Assembly: GCF_964213995.1 (NCBI RefSeq)
Contig: NC_135813.1
Span: 3,782,001-3,846,000 of the forward strand
From: Mustelus asterias
Taxonomy: Eukaryota
DNA: 64,000 nt
Direction: 5' to 3'
Shown: positions 49,786-62,949 of the stretch, one piece after another
How positions within the stretch are numbered: position 1 is the first letter of the stretch
Layout of the letters: each line of letters starts with the position of its first letter
Notes under the pieces: generated by a model
Told to the model about the DNA's origin: nothing
Seen by the model: only the letters and a program-made list of their open reading frames with translations
Database searches by the model: none
Made by a program: the position numbers and the translations under genes

Positions 49786-50985
49786 GATGAACGCAGGTAA
49801 AATCGCTGGCAGCAATGCAATCCTCCTTGATGAGCTCAACGCATTCTATACCCGTTTTGAGCAAGAGGTCAGCGAGAGCACGCCTTCCACCCCAGAAGCC
49901 TCGGGTGAACCTGGATCCGAGGTTACCATCACAAACGTCAGGGCAGCCTTCACGAAAGTCAACCCACAGAAAGCAACTGGCTTGGATGGGGTACTTGGAT
50001 GAGAACTCCGATCCCGCGCAGGTCAGCTGGCGGGGGTATTCGCAGACATCTTTAACCTCTCTTTACACCAATCTGAGGCCCCAATCTGCTTCAAGAAGAT
50101 GACCGTTATCCCGGTACCAAAGAAAAGCCAGGTAGCGTGCCTTAATGATTATTGTCCGGTGGCTCCGATATCCATCATTATGACGTGCTTAGTCATGGCA
50201 CAAATCAATTCCAGCCTCCCAGATTGGATTCTCTACAATTTGCCTACCACCGCAAGAGGTCCACAGCAGATGCCATCTCCCTGGGCCTACACTCAACTCT
50301 GGAACACCTAGACAACAAAGATACCTATATCAGACTCCTATTTATTGACTACAGCTCAGCCTTCAACACCATTATTCCTACAAAACCCATCTCCAAACTC
50401 CATGGCTTGGGGCTTGCCTCCTCCCTCTACGACTGGATCCTAGTCTTCCTAACCCACAGACCGCAATCAGTAAGAATAGGCAACAACACCTCCTCCAAGA
50501 TCATCGTCAACACCTTTGCGCCACAAGACTGTGATCTCAGCCTCTTACTATACTCCTTATGCACCTATGACTGTGTGGCCAAATTCCCCTCCAACTCAAT
50601 TTTCAAGTTTGCTGATGATACCACCGTAGTGGATCAGATCTCAAACAATGTTGAGACGGAGTACAGGATAGCGATAGAGAATCTGATGAACTGATGTGAC
50701 GACAATCTCTTCCACCTTCTTCCGTCGGGAAAAAGATACAAAAGTCTAAGGATACGTATCAACCGACTCAAGAGCAGCTTCTTCCCTGCTGCCATCAGAC
50801 TTTTGAATGGACCTACCTCGTATTAAGTTGATCTTTCTCTACACCTTAGCTATGACTGTAACACATTCTGCATTCTTTCCTTTCCTTCTCTATGTACGGT
50901 ATGCTTTGTGTAGCGCGCAAGAAACAATACTTTTCACTGTAAGCTAATACATGTGCCAATAATAAATCAAATCAAATCAAAAAAC
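49786..50985 (+). mobile_element. Rex1/Babar LINE (RT region), inserted into an older CR1 (~49325-51200)
   Basis: [15 protein letters not shown]...[16 protein letters not shown]...KFADDTTV; (atcaa)n tail. CR1 sequence resumes at aactttctcaaccagaaggtggtagg. Confidence 0.85.
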
Positions 50986-51234
50986 TTTCTCAACCAGAAG
51001 GTGGTAGGTGTCTGGAATTCGTTGCCTAGATTGGTGGTTGAAGCAGAAATCCTCAACTCACTTAAAGGGTACCCTAAATCCGCACCTGAAGTTCTACGGA
51101 CCAGTTGCTGGAAGGTGGAATTATATTGGGTGACTAGTTTTTGCAGTCAGTGCAGACATGATGGGCTGAATGACCCCTTTCTGTGCAGTAACCTTTCTCG
51201 GGTTTTTCACTGCCTCAAGTACTCACAGAAATGT

Positions 51235-53530
51235 AGTCATTAATGTAGAAAATGTGACAGCCATTTTGTGTGACTAGTTGGCCTAACATCTGTATTTGAG
51301 AAATTATCATAGCCTATACTTAAGGATAAAGTAACTAAGCACCTTAAAAATTTGCAGCTAATCAGAGCGGGCAGGCATAGATTTACGAAGGGTTGGTTAC
51401 GTCTGATGAAGCTGTTTGAATTTTTTGAGGAGTTGTAGTGGGGAGGGGGATGTCTACAGAGGTTATTTCTATGAACCTCTGGAAGACATTTGATGATGTC
51501 CCTCATAAAGAGATTTTTAACTAAAGTTGAAACTTGTGGAATTGAAGGCAGGTTATTGGCCTGTTTAGGAAATGGACTGAGCAGCAAGATACAGACTAGA
51601 TACTCTAATTGGCAGGATGCAAATAGTGGCGTCCTTCAAGGATTTGTGTTGGGAACTCAATATTCACTATTTATTAAATGATGGGATAGAAAGTTTGCCA
51701 ATCACACAGGGATAGGCAGCATTGCAAAGCAGTCAAGATATAAAAATATACAGAGAAATATTAATACGAACATACCAGTTTGGAGTAGGTTAGCAATGGG
51801 CCATTCGGCCCCTCGAGTCTGCTTCACCATTCAATAAGATCACGGCTGATCTGTTTGTGTTTCAAATTCCACATTTCCACATAAATAGTGAATATTGAGT
51901 TCCCACCCCAGATAACCTTTGATTTACTTGCCTAACAAGAATCTATGTACCACCTCCTCAAAAATATTCAATGACTCCACCTCCACCACCACCTGAGCCA
52001 GAGAGTTCCAAAATCGAATAACCCTCTGAGAGAAAAGAATTCTCCTCATTTCTGTCCTAAAAGCGTGACCCCTATTTTAAAAATGTAAATTTTCTGATTT
52101 GTCCTGTTTCCCATTGTGCGCTCTTTGCTGAGCGAACAGACTAATCTGTAAAATAGATGTTTGCTGTGAGTCCTTATCTAAGTCCTCCTCTGCCTCCAAC
52201 TTGCTGGTGACAGTAGTATGGGTGGACATTTTGCAACTCCTTAGTAAATCAGGATTACATAGGAGCAGGAGTAGATCATACGTCTATACGGAGCCACTCA
52301 ACATGATCATGGCTGATCTTGAGTTTCAGCACCACTTTTTTGTCTATTCCCCCTCAGAGACCATATATCTGCCTATGCCAGCCTTAAATATAGTCAAGAT
52401 TGGTGCAGCTAAACCCCCTTTGGGTCGAGAATTCCAAAAATTCACAACCCTTTGAGTGAAGTAATTTCTCCTGGTCTCAGCCCTAAATGATCGTCCCATT
52501 ATCCTGAGACTGTTTCCCATATATTCTAGATTCTATAAAGTTTGAACTTGTCAGTGTTGATGTACAGAAATACAATACAAAGTTAGCCCGCAGGTACAGC
52601 ACGACCAGCATTTAGGAAGGCCAATGGCATGCTGGCCTTTATTCCAAGGGGATTGGAGAATCGGAATAAGAAGTCTTACTAACAACTATACAGGGCTTTA
52701 GTGAGACAATACTTGGGAGTACTATGTGCAGTTTTGGTCTCCATATTTAAGGAAGGATACAACTGAATTGGAAACACCTCTCTGTGTCTAACCTGTCAAG
52801 AATGAGATCACCTCTCATTCTTCTAAACTCCAGAGAATGTAGGCCCAATTTACTAAGTCTCTCACCCCAGGTACAAATCTAGTGAATTGTTGCTGTATTG
52901 CCTCCAATTCGGTTGTATCCTTCCTTAAATATGGAGACCAAAACTGCACGTAGTACTCCAGGTATTGTCTCACTAAAGCCCTGTACAGTTCTTAGTAAGA
53001 GTTCTTTATTCTTTGCTCCCTGTCTTTAACCATCTATCCATGCTAGTATATTACCCCCCCACTCCATGAGCTCTTGTCTATTTTAACCTTTGGCTTTGAC
53101 AACATATCGAATGTCTTTTGAAAATACAAGTGTGAGATAATCTACTGGTTCCCTTTATCTACCCTACTAGTTACATCCTCATAAAACACAATTTCCCTTT
53201 TGAAAAACCACACTGACTTTGATTGATCATGCTATGATTTTCCAAGTGCATTGTTAAGACTTCCTTAATAATGGATTCCAACACTTTCCCAATAATTGAT
53301 ATCAGGCTAACTGGTCTATAGTTACCTGTTTTCTCTCTCCCTTCTTTCTTAAAAAGCGATGTTACATTTGCTGCTCTTTATAGTCTGCTGGGATCATTCA
53401 ATAATAAAGGGAATTTTGGAAAATCATAACTGAAGCATCCCACTATCTCTGTATTTATCTCTTTAGAGGCCTGGGATGTAGGCCATCAAGTCCTGGGGAT
53501 TTGTCAGACTACAGACCCTTAAGTTTCTCC
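51235..53530. mobile_element. Cluster of degraded CR1 fragments in both orientations
   Basis: RT remnants (SGVLQGFVLG; gagtactatgtgcagttttggtctcc) on both strands. Confidence 0.7.
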
Positions 53531-53645
53531 ATACTTTTTTCTCTATTGATATTAATTTCCTCGCTCACTTTTATTTATGAATAAACTCTGTGTGAAAAGT
53601 ATAAAAAATTGCTTTCTACCTCAGTGAATGTGCTGTCCTCTATAG

Positions 53646-53755
53646 GTGGTCTTTACAATGGAGAAGTTTTAGTGTGGAACAGCAGTAAAAACGATGACCC
53701 TTTAATTGCTAGATCGGGAATGTCCGAGGATACCCACCGTGAGCCTGTTTATCAG
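53646..53755 (+). CDS. DYNC2I2: DYNC2I2 exon 4
   Basis: (G)[36 protein letters not shown], 110 nt. Confidence 0.92.
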
Positions 53756-53764
53756 GTAAAAAAG

Positions 53765-54068
53765 TTTAAAGTTTATTTATTAGTGTCACAAGTAGCCCTA
53801 CATTAACACTGCAATGAAGTTACTGTGAAAATCCCCTAGCGGCCACACTCCGGCGCCAGTTCAGGTACACTGGGGGAGAATTTAGCATGGCCAATGCACC
53901 TAACCAGCCCGTCTTTCAGACTGTGGGAGGAAACCGGAGCACCCAGAAGAAACCCCCACAGACACGAGGAGAACGTGCAGACTACGCACAGACAGTGACA
54001 CCAGGAACCAAACCAGGACCCATGGTGCTGTGAGGCAGCAGCGCTAAGCACTGTGCCACCGTGCCACC
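53765..54068 (-). mobile_element. HE1/V-SINE immediately after DYNC2I2 exon 4 donor
   Basis: Complete antisense copy starting about 10 nt into the intron. Confidence 0.88.
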
Positions 54069-57000
54069 CAAAGGTCTTAGCTTGGATTATTCAAATCCTT
54101 TTGTCCTTGCCTTGTTAACATCTTTTTTGCCTTGTGGATTCTGCAGGGAGATTGACACTGATGCAAGTTCTGTGTATCTCACATTCCTGTACCTCCTCCA
54201 CCCGTCAGTCTCCATTTACAATATCATCACTGTATGGCTATTGGAAGGCTATTTTGAAGGGACTCTATGTTGTACTGTAATTCATTTCCGGTACATAGAA
54301 CCAGGAGGGGTCCAGTCAACTGCTCGAGCCTCTCCTCAACATCAACATGTAATGACTGTGAACAGGGGGAAAATCTGGCAAGTTTCCGGCAGTGTAACAA
54401 TGACTGGTTGAAATTTTGGTCTAGTTTACTTCCATTCGTAACTATGCAATGAGGAAAAGCCCAACCTGTGCACACTCCTCCGACAACTAAATCAAAATGA
54501 AGGCACCTTTGTTTTTATTTTTTAGAATAACTCAGACTGGCCAATGGCAAACTGAACAGATGCTAACCCCAGATAAAGCCTAACTGAGACAGAGATCTTG
54601 TTGGAGAGTAGATGGAGTTAAGATGGAAGATTAGTCATGATCTAACTAGGTGGCAGAAGGCTTACCAGGCTGAATGACCTCTTGTTCTTATCGCCCTACT
54701 TATCTTAGAATCTGATAACATTTTGATCAGTCACTGAATGACTGTAAGAGTCAAATGGGATTTTGAGATTTAAAAAAAAAACTTGTTTTGTGAAATGCCT
54801 TCTGCAATTCTTTACCGCCGCCAGTGTCCTATCTGGTATTTGAGAGTTGTATTGAGGGTGCTGCAGTCTCTCCAGGCTTTCTTGAACACAGTGGCTGGGG
54901 ATTTCTCCTTTCATTTTGTTCCCTGCCTTACAATTCCATAGCTTGTCATTTTAATTCTCCACCTCCATTCTCACACTAGACGTTTTTTGTCTTCGATCTC
55001 CTTTACTGTTTTAATGAAGGTCAGTGGAAGTTAGAGGAACTGTATCTCCCCTTTTGAGTAGGTACTTTATAGTCTTCCAAAATCAATACTGAGTTCAACA
55101 ATTTCAGATCATAACTTCTGTTTTGGATGGCAGCTGCTAGCAATGATTCTGCTTTTGTCATTTTTTGGCTCCTCTAGACCCATCTTTTCTTTCTCTGTCT
55201 GATTATTGCTCCTTTTCGCCTTGCAAAATCATTCATTTTAACATTTGATCTCTCAGACCTTCTTCCCTTTGCTCTTTCCTTCCTTCCTCCCTCCGTTTCT
55301 CTATTTGCTTGAAGTCTCTTGCATGTTTTAACTGCTCCCAGATACGTTGACAGGTCATTGGCTTGAAACGTTAACTCTGCTCCCCACCCACAGATACTGC
55401 CTGGCCTGTTGAGTGTTTTCCAGAATTTTGTTTTTTTTAAAGATTTTCCATATCTGGGTATTTTATGCTTTTGCACAGTTCTGTCTTCATTCATTTTAAT
55501 GTGAGGCAACTTGGGCTGGAATTCTCAGCCCATGGCCCAAGCCAGAGTGTGGTTTCGTCTGCAGATCTTTGCCACATCACCCAAATGGTGATCCTGGGAT
55601 TGGGCCATTATTCAATCACTATTATCTAGTCAGACGTTGTGGGCACACCTCTTGCCTTATTATTCTTTTCCCAAACCGATCATTCCACTCCCATAATCTT
55701 AAAAACAGTATCATTGTGAGATATTGCGATAACTTTGGTCTCTAAAACTTCCCACAAGGCAGGGAGAGGTTAAGAGCGGGCATTGCATTAGACAGCTAAA
55801 GGCATGGCTGCCAGTGGTTGAACTAAAGGATGGGGGAGGCACAAGAATCCAGAATCGAAGAAACGGCAGGGACCTGGGAGGGTTGTGGGTCTGCAGAAGG
55901 TTATGGACAAAGGGAGGGGCACGGCCATGGGGAGATCTGAAAGCAAGGTGAGAATTTTAAAATCAAGGCTTTGTCCAATCATGATCCTGTGCAGGTCAGT
56001 GAGATTAGGGCTGAACAGAACTTGGGATGAGTTTGGAGATAAGCAGTGGATTGCATGTTCACGTATATAGAGGGTGCAACATGCAGGGATGCATTGGAAT
56101 AGCCTGAGCCTGGAGGTGCCAGAGAGGCACGGAGAGTTTCAGCAGCAGATGGGCTGAGGCAGAGTGGAGACCAGTGATCATTTTTAACAGAAAAGTAAAA
56201 TACTGTGGATGCTGGAATCCTGAAATAAAACCAAAAGGCATTTCTCTCAGGACGTTAGGCAACATCTGTGGAGTGAGAAAGAGTTGACATTTCAGGTTTG
56301 TGACCTTGTGATTTCCTTTATATTCCCCACCGCTCGCCAGCAACATAATCCGGTTCATACCCATCTGATTTTAATACATTTAAATATTATTAAGGGGTCT
56401 CCTCCTCCCTCATTAAATATTCATACCTCATTTACGTGGCTTCACATCAGTGCCAGGGGTGGGCCCTAGTGGGAGCCCCATTGGTGGGGGGGGGGGAGGG
56501 GGGCTTCATGTAGGTGTGGTGGTGGGAGAGAGCAGTTGGTTAGTGAGGGATTGAAGTGTCGGTGATGATTGTGTGCACGCGTGTGTTGGGGGGGGTCAGG
56601 GGGAGGTTATTTTTATTTATGATTGGGGAACCCTTTAAAGATTGCACCCTAAACTCTGTAGAGCCTCTTGCTGGCTCTAAGCATCCCGCCCCACTAGAGT
56701 GACGCTCACTCCTTTTTTTTTTCTTTAAAGTGGCTCAAAATCTGGAGAGAAGATTGGTCTGTGCAACTGCAGAGTTACACCCCAGTTTTCTGACTAAACC
56801 TGACACTTTGACAAATTCTGGTAAGATCACCCCCTCTTTTTCCAGTATTTCCAGCATTTTCTGTTCTTATAATTTTTAACACGTTGATTAACCCCCCCTT
56901 GACGCAGCAAATCCAATAAGTCTAATGCAGCAGCTTCTTCCTTTCCATCCTCCCCACCACTTCCACACTGTCTACATTTCTCACCGTGGGAGACCCTGCC

Positions 57001-57145
57001 AGCCTTCACTGTCTCAACCAGAGAACAATCAGCAGCAGGGCATATTGTGAACTTCGGTAGAAGGAAGGAAGGGACAAGTTGGACATTTTCTTTGCTTTCT
57101 TGAAATATTTGAGTTTTAAAACAAAACTCTTTTTTTTCAAATCAG

Positions 57146-57313
57146 GTGCAGTGGATCCCGAGTTTAAGCCGCAGTAACCGAATTCATGTTCTGAGTGCAA
57201 GCACTGATGGGAAGATTCTGATATGGCAGATGGATGGAAGAGGGCAGCTGGTTCTGCAGGATGGCTTCACCCTGATTGTACAGCAGATGCCGCGCAACAT
57301 CAAACTCCACAAG
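57146..57313 (+). CDS. DYNC2I2: DYNC2I2 exon 5
   Basis: VQWIPSLSRSNRIHVLSASTDGKILIWQMDGRGQLVLQDGFTLIVQQMPRNIKLHK, 168 nt. Confidence 0.92.
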
Positions 57314-57593
57314 GTGAATAGTCTCTGGAACAGGAGTGGGCTTGTCTATGGGAGGTTCAGACTCTAGTTAAAAGTATCCTATTGATGTTAATGAGATGTC
57401 TGAACTCCACAGTTACATAGAAGCTTGAACTTTAGAATATTTAAAGCGCCTTGTCTCAACGTCAGCTTGCATTTAATAAGGCTATAGGCTCTTGCGCCAT
57501 CATAATGGAGGATGTCTGTTGTATAACTGATGAGAGTTAAGACTGCAGCAGCTGGTAGGTGTTAGTGGTTGCATGTCTAAGATTTGGCATATG

Positions 57594-58052
57594 TTGGCAC
57601 CGTGGTTAGCACTGCTGCCACACAGTGCCAGGGACCCGGGTTCAATTCCCGGCTGGGTCACTGTCTGTGTGGAGTTTGCACATTCTCCCTGTTTCTGCAT
57701 GAGTTTCGTCTGGGTGCTCTGGTTTCCTCCTACAATCCAAAGATGTGCGGGTTAGGTGCATTGGCCATACTAAATTCTCCCTCAGTGTACCTGAACAGGC
57801 GCCGAAGTGTGGCGACTAGGGAATTTTCACAGTAACTTCATTACAGTTCCTGTACAGTACAGGCGCCTGTTCAGGTATGCTGAGGGAGAATTTAGTATGG
57901 CCAATCCACCTAACCTGCACTTCTTTGGAGTGTGGGAGGAAACCAGAGCACCCGGAGGAAACCCACGCAGACATGGGGAAAACATGCAAACTCCACACAA
58001 ATAGTAACCCAAGGCTGGAATTGAACCCGGGTCCCTGGCGCTGTGAGGCAGC
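57594..58052. mobile_element. Tail-to-tail pair of HE1 SINEs (plus 57594-57845, minus ~57857-58052)
   Basis: Two opposite copies, adjacent to each other. Confidence 0.85.
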
Positions 58053-58209
58053 ATTGTCGCCCCATGTTGACCATTTTCTTGGATGAAGGCAAACATAGGC
58101 AACGAAATTCATCAGCCCATCTAATGTTCCAATAGCCTTCAGTCAACTGAGGTCAAGAGTATTTGAGGACCAGGATTTCACAAATCTGAGACTTGGTCAT
58201 GGTTTGCTG

Positions 58210-58720
58210 GTCAATAATGACCTTCTATATACTTTGGAGACTTGGACAATTTGCGACAGGCACCTCAAAACTACAGTTATACCACCTGCTGTGCCTTATC
58301 ATGATCCTCTAAATCTGGGCACAGGACGGGTGGTCCAACAGCAATGGTTCTCCCAAGCCAATGTGCCTTAACATCTAGGTAGTAACCAGCTTTGTCGGAC
58401 GGGACAAGTCAAGACTGCTGTAGTCAGACCTTGGTCGCAGTAGGAAATTCTCAGGAGGACAACAGAAATACTTTAGGGATGTCCTCAAAGCGCCCCTGAA
58501 GAGGTCAAACATTGCTGCTGACTCATGGGAGTCCCTGGTCTGTGACTGATCAAAATGGAGGTTAATTGGGGAAGGTGCTGAACACATTGAGATACTTTGT
58601 CGGGAACATGCAGAGGTGAAGTCAAGGCATCAGAGAGAGTACAAACCTCTACATTTCATTTGCCCAATCCTTCAAGCACCAAGTGCCCTGCATATGACAA
58701 AGTCTGCAGATTGTGGATTG
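58210..58720 (+). mobile_element. Degraded RTE-clade LINE 3' fragment
   Basis: Translates to ...SGGQQKYFRDVLKAPLKRSNIAADSWESLVCD*SKWR, resembling the RTE ORF C-terminus. Confidence 0.55.
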
Positions 58721-58729
58721 GATTTATAA

Positions 58730-59048
58730 AGGAGATAATGGCCTAGTGGTATTATCGCTAGATTATTAATCCAGATACTCAGCTAATGGAATTTGAATTC
58801 AAGAAAAACTTCCGGGAATTAAGAATCTACTGATGACCATGAAATCATTGTCAATTGTCGGAAAAACCCATCTAGTTGACTAATGTCCTTTAGGGAAGGA
58901 AATCTGCCATCCTTACCCGGTCTGGCCTACATCTGATGCCAGAGCCACAGCAATGTGGTTGACTCTCAACTGCCCTCAGGCAACTGGGAATGGGTAATAA
59001 ATGCTGGCCAGCCAGCAACGCCCATGTCCCAGGAATGAATAAAAAAAA
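58730..59048 (+). mobile_element. tRNA-derived SINE (family B)
   Basis: Homologous to 7160-7515. Confidence 0.8.
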
Positions 59049-59649
59049 TTATCAGTCATCTCAGAACCCATCAAACTGGATGGAAGTGAATCATCCTCAA
59101 TCCCAAAGCACTGCCTATGGAATGGTGCTAACAAAACAAAACAAAATACTGCAGGTGCTGGAAATCTAAAGAACACAAAATACAAGAAGCACTCAGCAGG
59201 TTTGGCAGCATTTGTGAAGAGAGAAATGGAGTTAATGTTTCAGGTTGATGATTTTTCATCAGAACTTAGAGATTTAACAGGTCTTTGAGCATGTAGAGAC
59301 CTGAGGTGGGTGAAAGAACAAAGGGATGATCTGTAGTTCACAGATTCTGTAATTGGTAAGTGGAATGTCTCTCATATCTGATAAATAACTACCTTTAGTA
59401 GATTTATCTATAGCTTGCTTGGCGACTGTTCGGCGAGGCAATGGGCTTTTTGTATACAAGCATCTGACTATTCATCATATTGTCCATCTAGATGGTAGTG
59501 CTCGTGGGTTTGGAAGGTGCTGTCTAAGGAAGCTTGGTGAGTAGATGGTAGCCATGATGTGGCGATGCCGGCATTGGACTGGGGTAAACACAATAAGAAG
59601 TCTCTCAACGCCAGGTTAAAGTCCAACAGGTTTATTTGATAGCACAAGC

Positions 59650-59685
59650 CACTAGCTTTCGGAGCGCTTCCCCTTCATCAGGTGA
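59650..59685 (-). ncRNA. Minimal hammerhead-ribozyme motif (opposite strand)
   Basis: Minus strand reads CAC-CTGATGA-A-GGGG(AAGCG)CTCC-GAA-AGCT-A-GTG. Confidence 0.55.
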
Positions 59686-59694
59686 GTGACTGAC

Positions 59695-59730
59695 TCACCT
59701 GATGAAGGGGCAGCACTCCGAAAGCTAGTG
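59695..59730 (+). ncRNA. Minimal hammerhead-ribozyme motif
   Basis: CAC-CTGATGA-A-GGGG(CAGCA)CTCC-GAA-AGCT-A-GTG. Confidence 0.55.
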
Positions 59731-61612
59731 GCTTGTGCTACCAAATAAACCTGTTGGACTTTAACCTGGTGTTGTGAGACTTCTTACTGAGTAGATGGTA
59801 GACATGGCTGCCATTGGTGTAATTGGTGGAGGAAGTGAATGTTTGTGGAAGGGGTGCCAATCAAGCAGGCAGCTTTGTCTTGGATGGTGTTGAGCTTCTT
59901 GAGTGTTATTCAAGTTGCACTCATCCAGGCAAGGGAGAGTATTCCATCACACTCCTGACTTGTGCCTAATAGATGGTAGATAGGCTTTGGGGAGTCAGGA
60001 GGATTCCTAGCCTCTGACCTGATCTTGTGGCCGCAGTGTTTGTATGGCTAGTCCAGTTGAGTTTCTCATCGATAGTAACTCCCTAGGGTTTGTAGGGATT
60101 GAGTGATAATGCCATTGATTGTCAAGGGCTGATGGTTAGATTCTCTCATTGGAGATGGTGATTGACTGCACTTGTATGGCGCGAATATTACTTTACTGAT
60201 CAAGAGGAGATTGATGGGACAGTAATTGCCTGGGTTGAACTTGCCCTGTGCTTTGTGTACTGACATACCTGGGTTATTCTCCACATTGCTGGGTAGATGC
60301 CAGTATTGTAGCTGTGCTGGATCAACTTGGTTAGGGCTAATATCCTAGTTCTTCACTATTGTCCTTTTTGCAGAAGGAAATCTTCCATCCTTCCCTGGTC
60401 TGGCTTACATGTAATGGGATTGAATCTTCACTGCCCTATGAAATAGCCTAGCAAATTATTCAGTTCAAAGGTGGTTGGGAATGGGCAACAGATGCTGGCT
60501 TTGCCAGCAACACCCACATCCCATGAAAGGATAAAGATTATTTAATCACTTAGATAATGGGCTAGCCACCTACCCAGATTCGCTGATGTGGTTTCCTCCC
60601 ACAATCCAAAGATGTGCGGGTTAGGTTAATTGGCCATGCTAAATTGCCCATTAGTGTCCCGGGATGCATAGTTTAGAGGGATTAGTGGGTAATATATGTA
60701 GGGATGTGGGGATAGGGTCTGGGTGCAGTTGTGGTCGGTGCAGACTCGATGGGCCGAATGGCCTCTTTCTGCACTGTAGGGTTACTTCCTATGAAAAGGT
60801 AGACTGCATTGTAAGCAATGTAAATGGAAGCGTAAAATGAGTGACAAAACTGTGGCAGAAGAGTTTTAATGTAATCAAATGTGAGGCTATCCACCCTAGA
60901 TCTGAGAAGGATAGAATATATTTTCTAAATGGTGAAAGGCTAGAAACAGTAGTGCAAAGAGATAAAAAACAGAAAGTGCTGGAAAAACTCAGCAGGTCTG
61001 GCAGCACCTGTGGAGAGAGAAACAGAGTTAATCAGAACTGTTGTACACCTGGAGTGAGCAGTTAATGGAAGGATATATAGGTCTTGCTGGGAGTGCAGCA
61101 TTGATTAGCCAGATTGATGCCTGGATACCCCAGGTTAAATTACAAGAGATTGCACAAATTAGGGTTGTGTTCCTGAGATTTAGAAGGCTGGCGGGTGATT
61201 TGATCAAAGTTTTCAAGATTAGGAGAACAGATAGAATATCTTCTTCCAGTGATTGGAGAGTCTGGGATTAGGCGGCATTATTTAAAAAGAACCAAGTCTT
61301 TCAGCAGTGAAGGGTGTTAAAAGAACTTTTTTGTTGCAAACAGCAATTGATGCTAGATATATTATTGTTAAACTTGAGATAGATAGATTTTTGTTCGCCA
61401 ATAGGATTAAGAGCTATCAGGAAAAGATGGGTATAAGGAGTTAAGTTGCAGATTAATTCTGATCTCATCGAATGGTGGGGGAGCAGACTTGAGATACTTA
61501 AATACCCCTCTTAGTTCGCATGTTCCTACATCTTGTATAAGATGGACCCTGTTAGTTACACATGATATCCTTTTCTGTTCCATCCTTTTTATGCATCTTA
61601 AATCATCCACAG

Positions 61613-61839
61613 GCTCGTGAGGACACTTTGTTTGGTGTGACCTCTCTCTCTTTCTCTCATCTGGATAAGACTGTGTTTATTGCTGGTGTGGAAGGTGGTT
61701 ATGTGTTGAAGTGTTCAACAGAAGTTCTGGCACATGCAACACCAAGCTCTGGCTCTGTTCCATTGAAGGCTCCGGCTCAGTTCACCTTCTCTCCACATCG
61801 TGGTCCTGTTCATGCTGTTGATTGCTCGCCATTCCACAG
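61613..61839 (+). CDS. DYNC2I2: DYNC2I2 exon 6
   Basis: AREDTLFGVTSLSFSHLDKTVFIAGVEGGYVLKCS...PAQFTFSPHRGPVHAVDCSPFH(R), 227 nt, donor gtcagt. Confidence 0.92.
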
Positions 61840-62005
61840 GTCAGTACACAAAGCGACACAGGAAAAGAGCTGGGGTGGGCTTCTGTTTGGGGGGAGGAAA
61901 TAGGAAGCTCCCCCTTAGGTGATCAAAACTAGTCCAGGAAATCACGGTGACCTTCTTTACCGTACCTATCTTTTTGAAATGATCTCTCTGCCAGCCAGAA
62001 ACAGA

Positions 62006-62081
62006 AGGGGCTTGCAGCTTGTGTGGCTTTTGCTACCAAATAAACCTGTTGGACTTTAACCTGGTGTTGTTAAACTTCTTA
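62006..62081 (+). mobile_element. Short Penelope-terminus insertion
   Basis: 76-bp piece of the terminal repeat, flanked by the 14-bp TSD cagccagaaacaga (61992-62005 and 62082-62095). Confidence 0.75.
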
Positions 62082-62791
62082 CAGCCAGAAACAGACCCAG
62101 TTCTCCTTTGAAGGAATTCAACAAAACAGCATCCACCATCTCAGTAGCAGCCAAAGATCAACTCTTCCTTGGGATGGCAGAATGAGGGAACCACCTCATC
62201 ACATCTGGCTTTACATAACTCATGTGACCTTTTGTTCTCCCTAAACTATTCAGACAGAAGTGTACTTTTGTTTTTGTAAATTCACTGCCCAGAGGACATT
62301 CTTTGCAGAAATTAGGATGAGTGAACTCCAGTGCAGTGCTGAAGAAGTGCTGTTCTAATTGTGCTGTCTTTTGTCCCTCTTGGATAGATGTAAAAGCAAC
62401 ACTATCTGATCAGCCAAGATCAAGATGAATGGCGGAGCAGGCTTGAAGGGCCGAATGGCCTACTTCTGCTTCTAGTTTCTATTTTGAAAAGGAGCTGGGG
62501 AGTTCTTCCTGGTGTTGTGGGCCTGTGTTTATCCCTCAACTAACGTTGCAAACAGATTTCCCAGTCATTATCCCATTGTTGTTTGTGGGATCTTGCTGTG
62601 TACAAATTGACTTCCTATATTAATTAATGACTGCACTTCCAAAATACTTCATTGGCTGTAAAGAACTCTGGGGCATTTTAGTTGTGAAAGACATGACAAA
62701 AATACAAATCTTTTATAAACTGGGCCAATCTGCAAAGCTATGAACAAGTATGTGTATTGTCCACTGAGTGAATTGTCAATTGTTCACACAG

Positions 62792-62949
62792 GAACCTCTT
62801 CCTAACTGCTGGCACCGATGGGCATGTCCACCTTTATTCCATGTTGCAGGCTGAGCCAGTTCTTTCTCTTCAGTTATCTCAAAGTTATCTCTTCAGTGTT
62901 CGCTGGTCTTCTGTCCGACCTCTAGTTTTTGCTGCTGCTACAGGAGAAG
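62792..62949 (+). CDS. DYNC2I2: DYNC2I2 exon 7 (not in ORF track)
   Basis: [52 protein letters not shown], 158 nt, cag/gtaaga. Confidence 0.92.

Larger units (their letters stand above)
59556..59787. mobile_element. Fold-back Penelope-terminus element (near-perfect 193-bp palindrome 59594-59786)
   Basis: taagaagtctctcaacgccaggttaaagtccaacaggtttatttg...caaataaacctgttggactttaacctggtgttgtgagacttctta, flanked by the TSD tgagtagatggtag (59538-59551 and 59788-59801). Confidence 0.88.
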
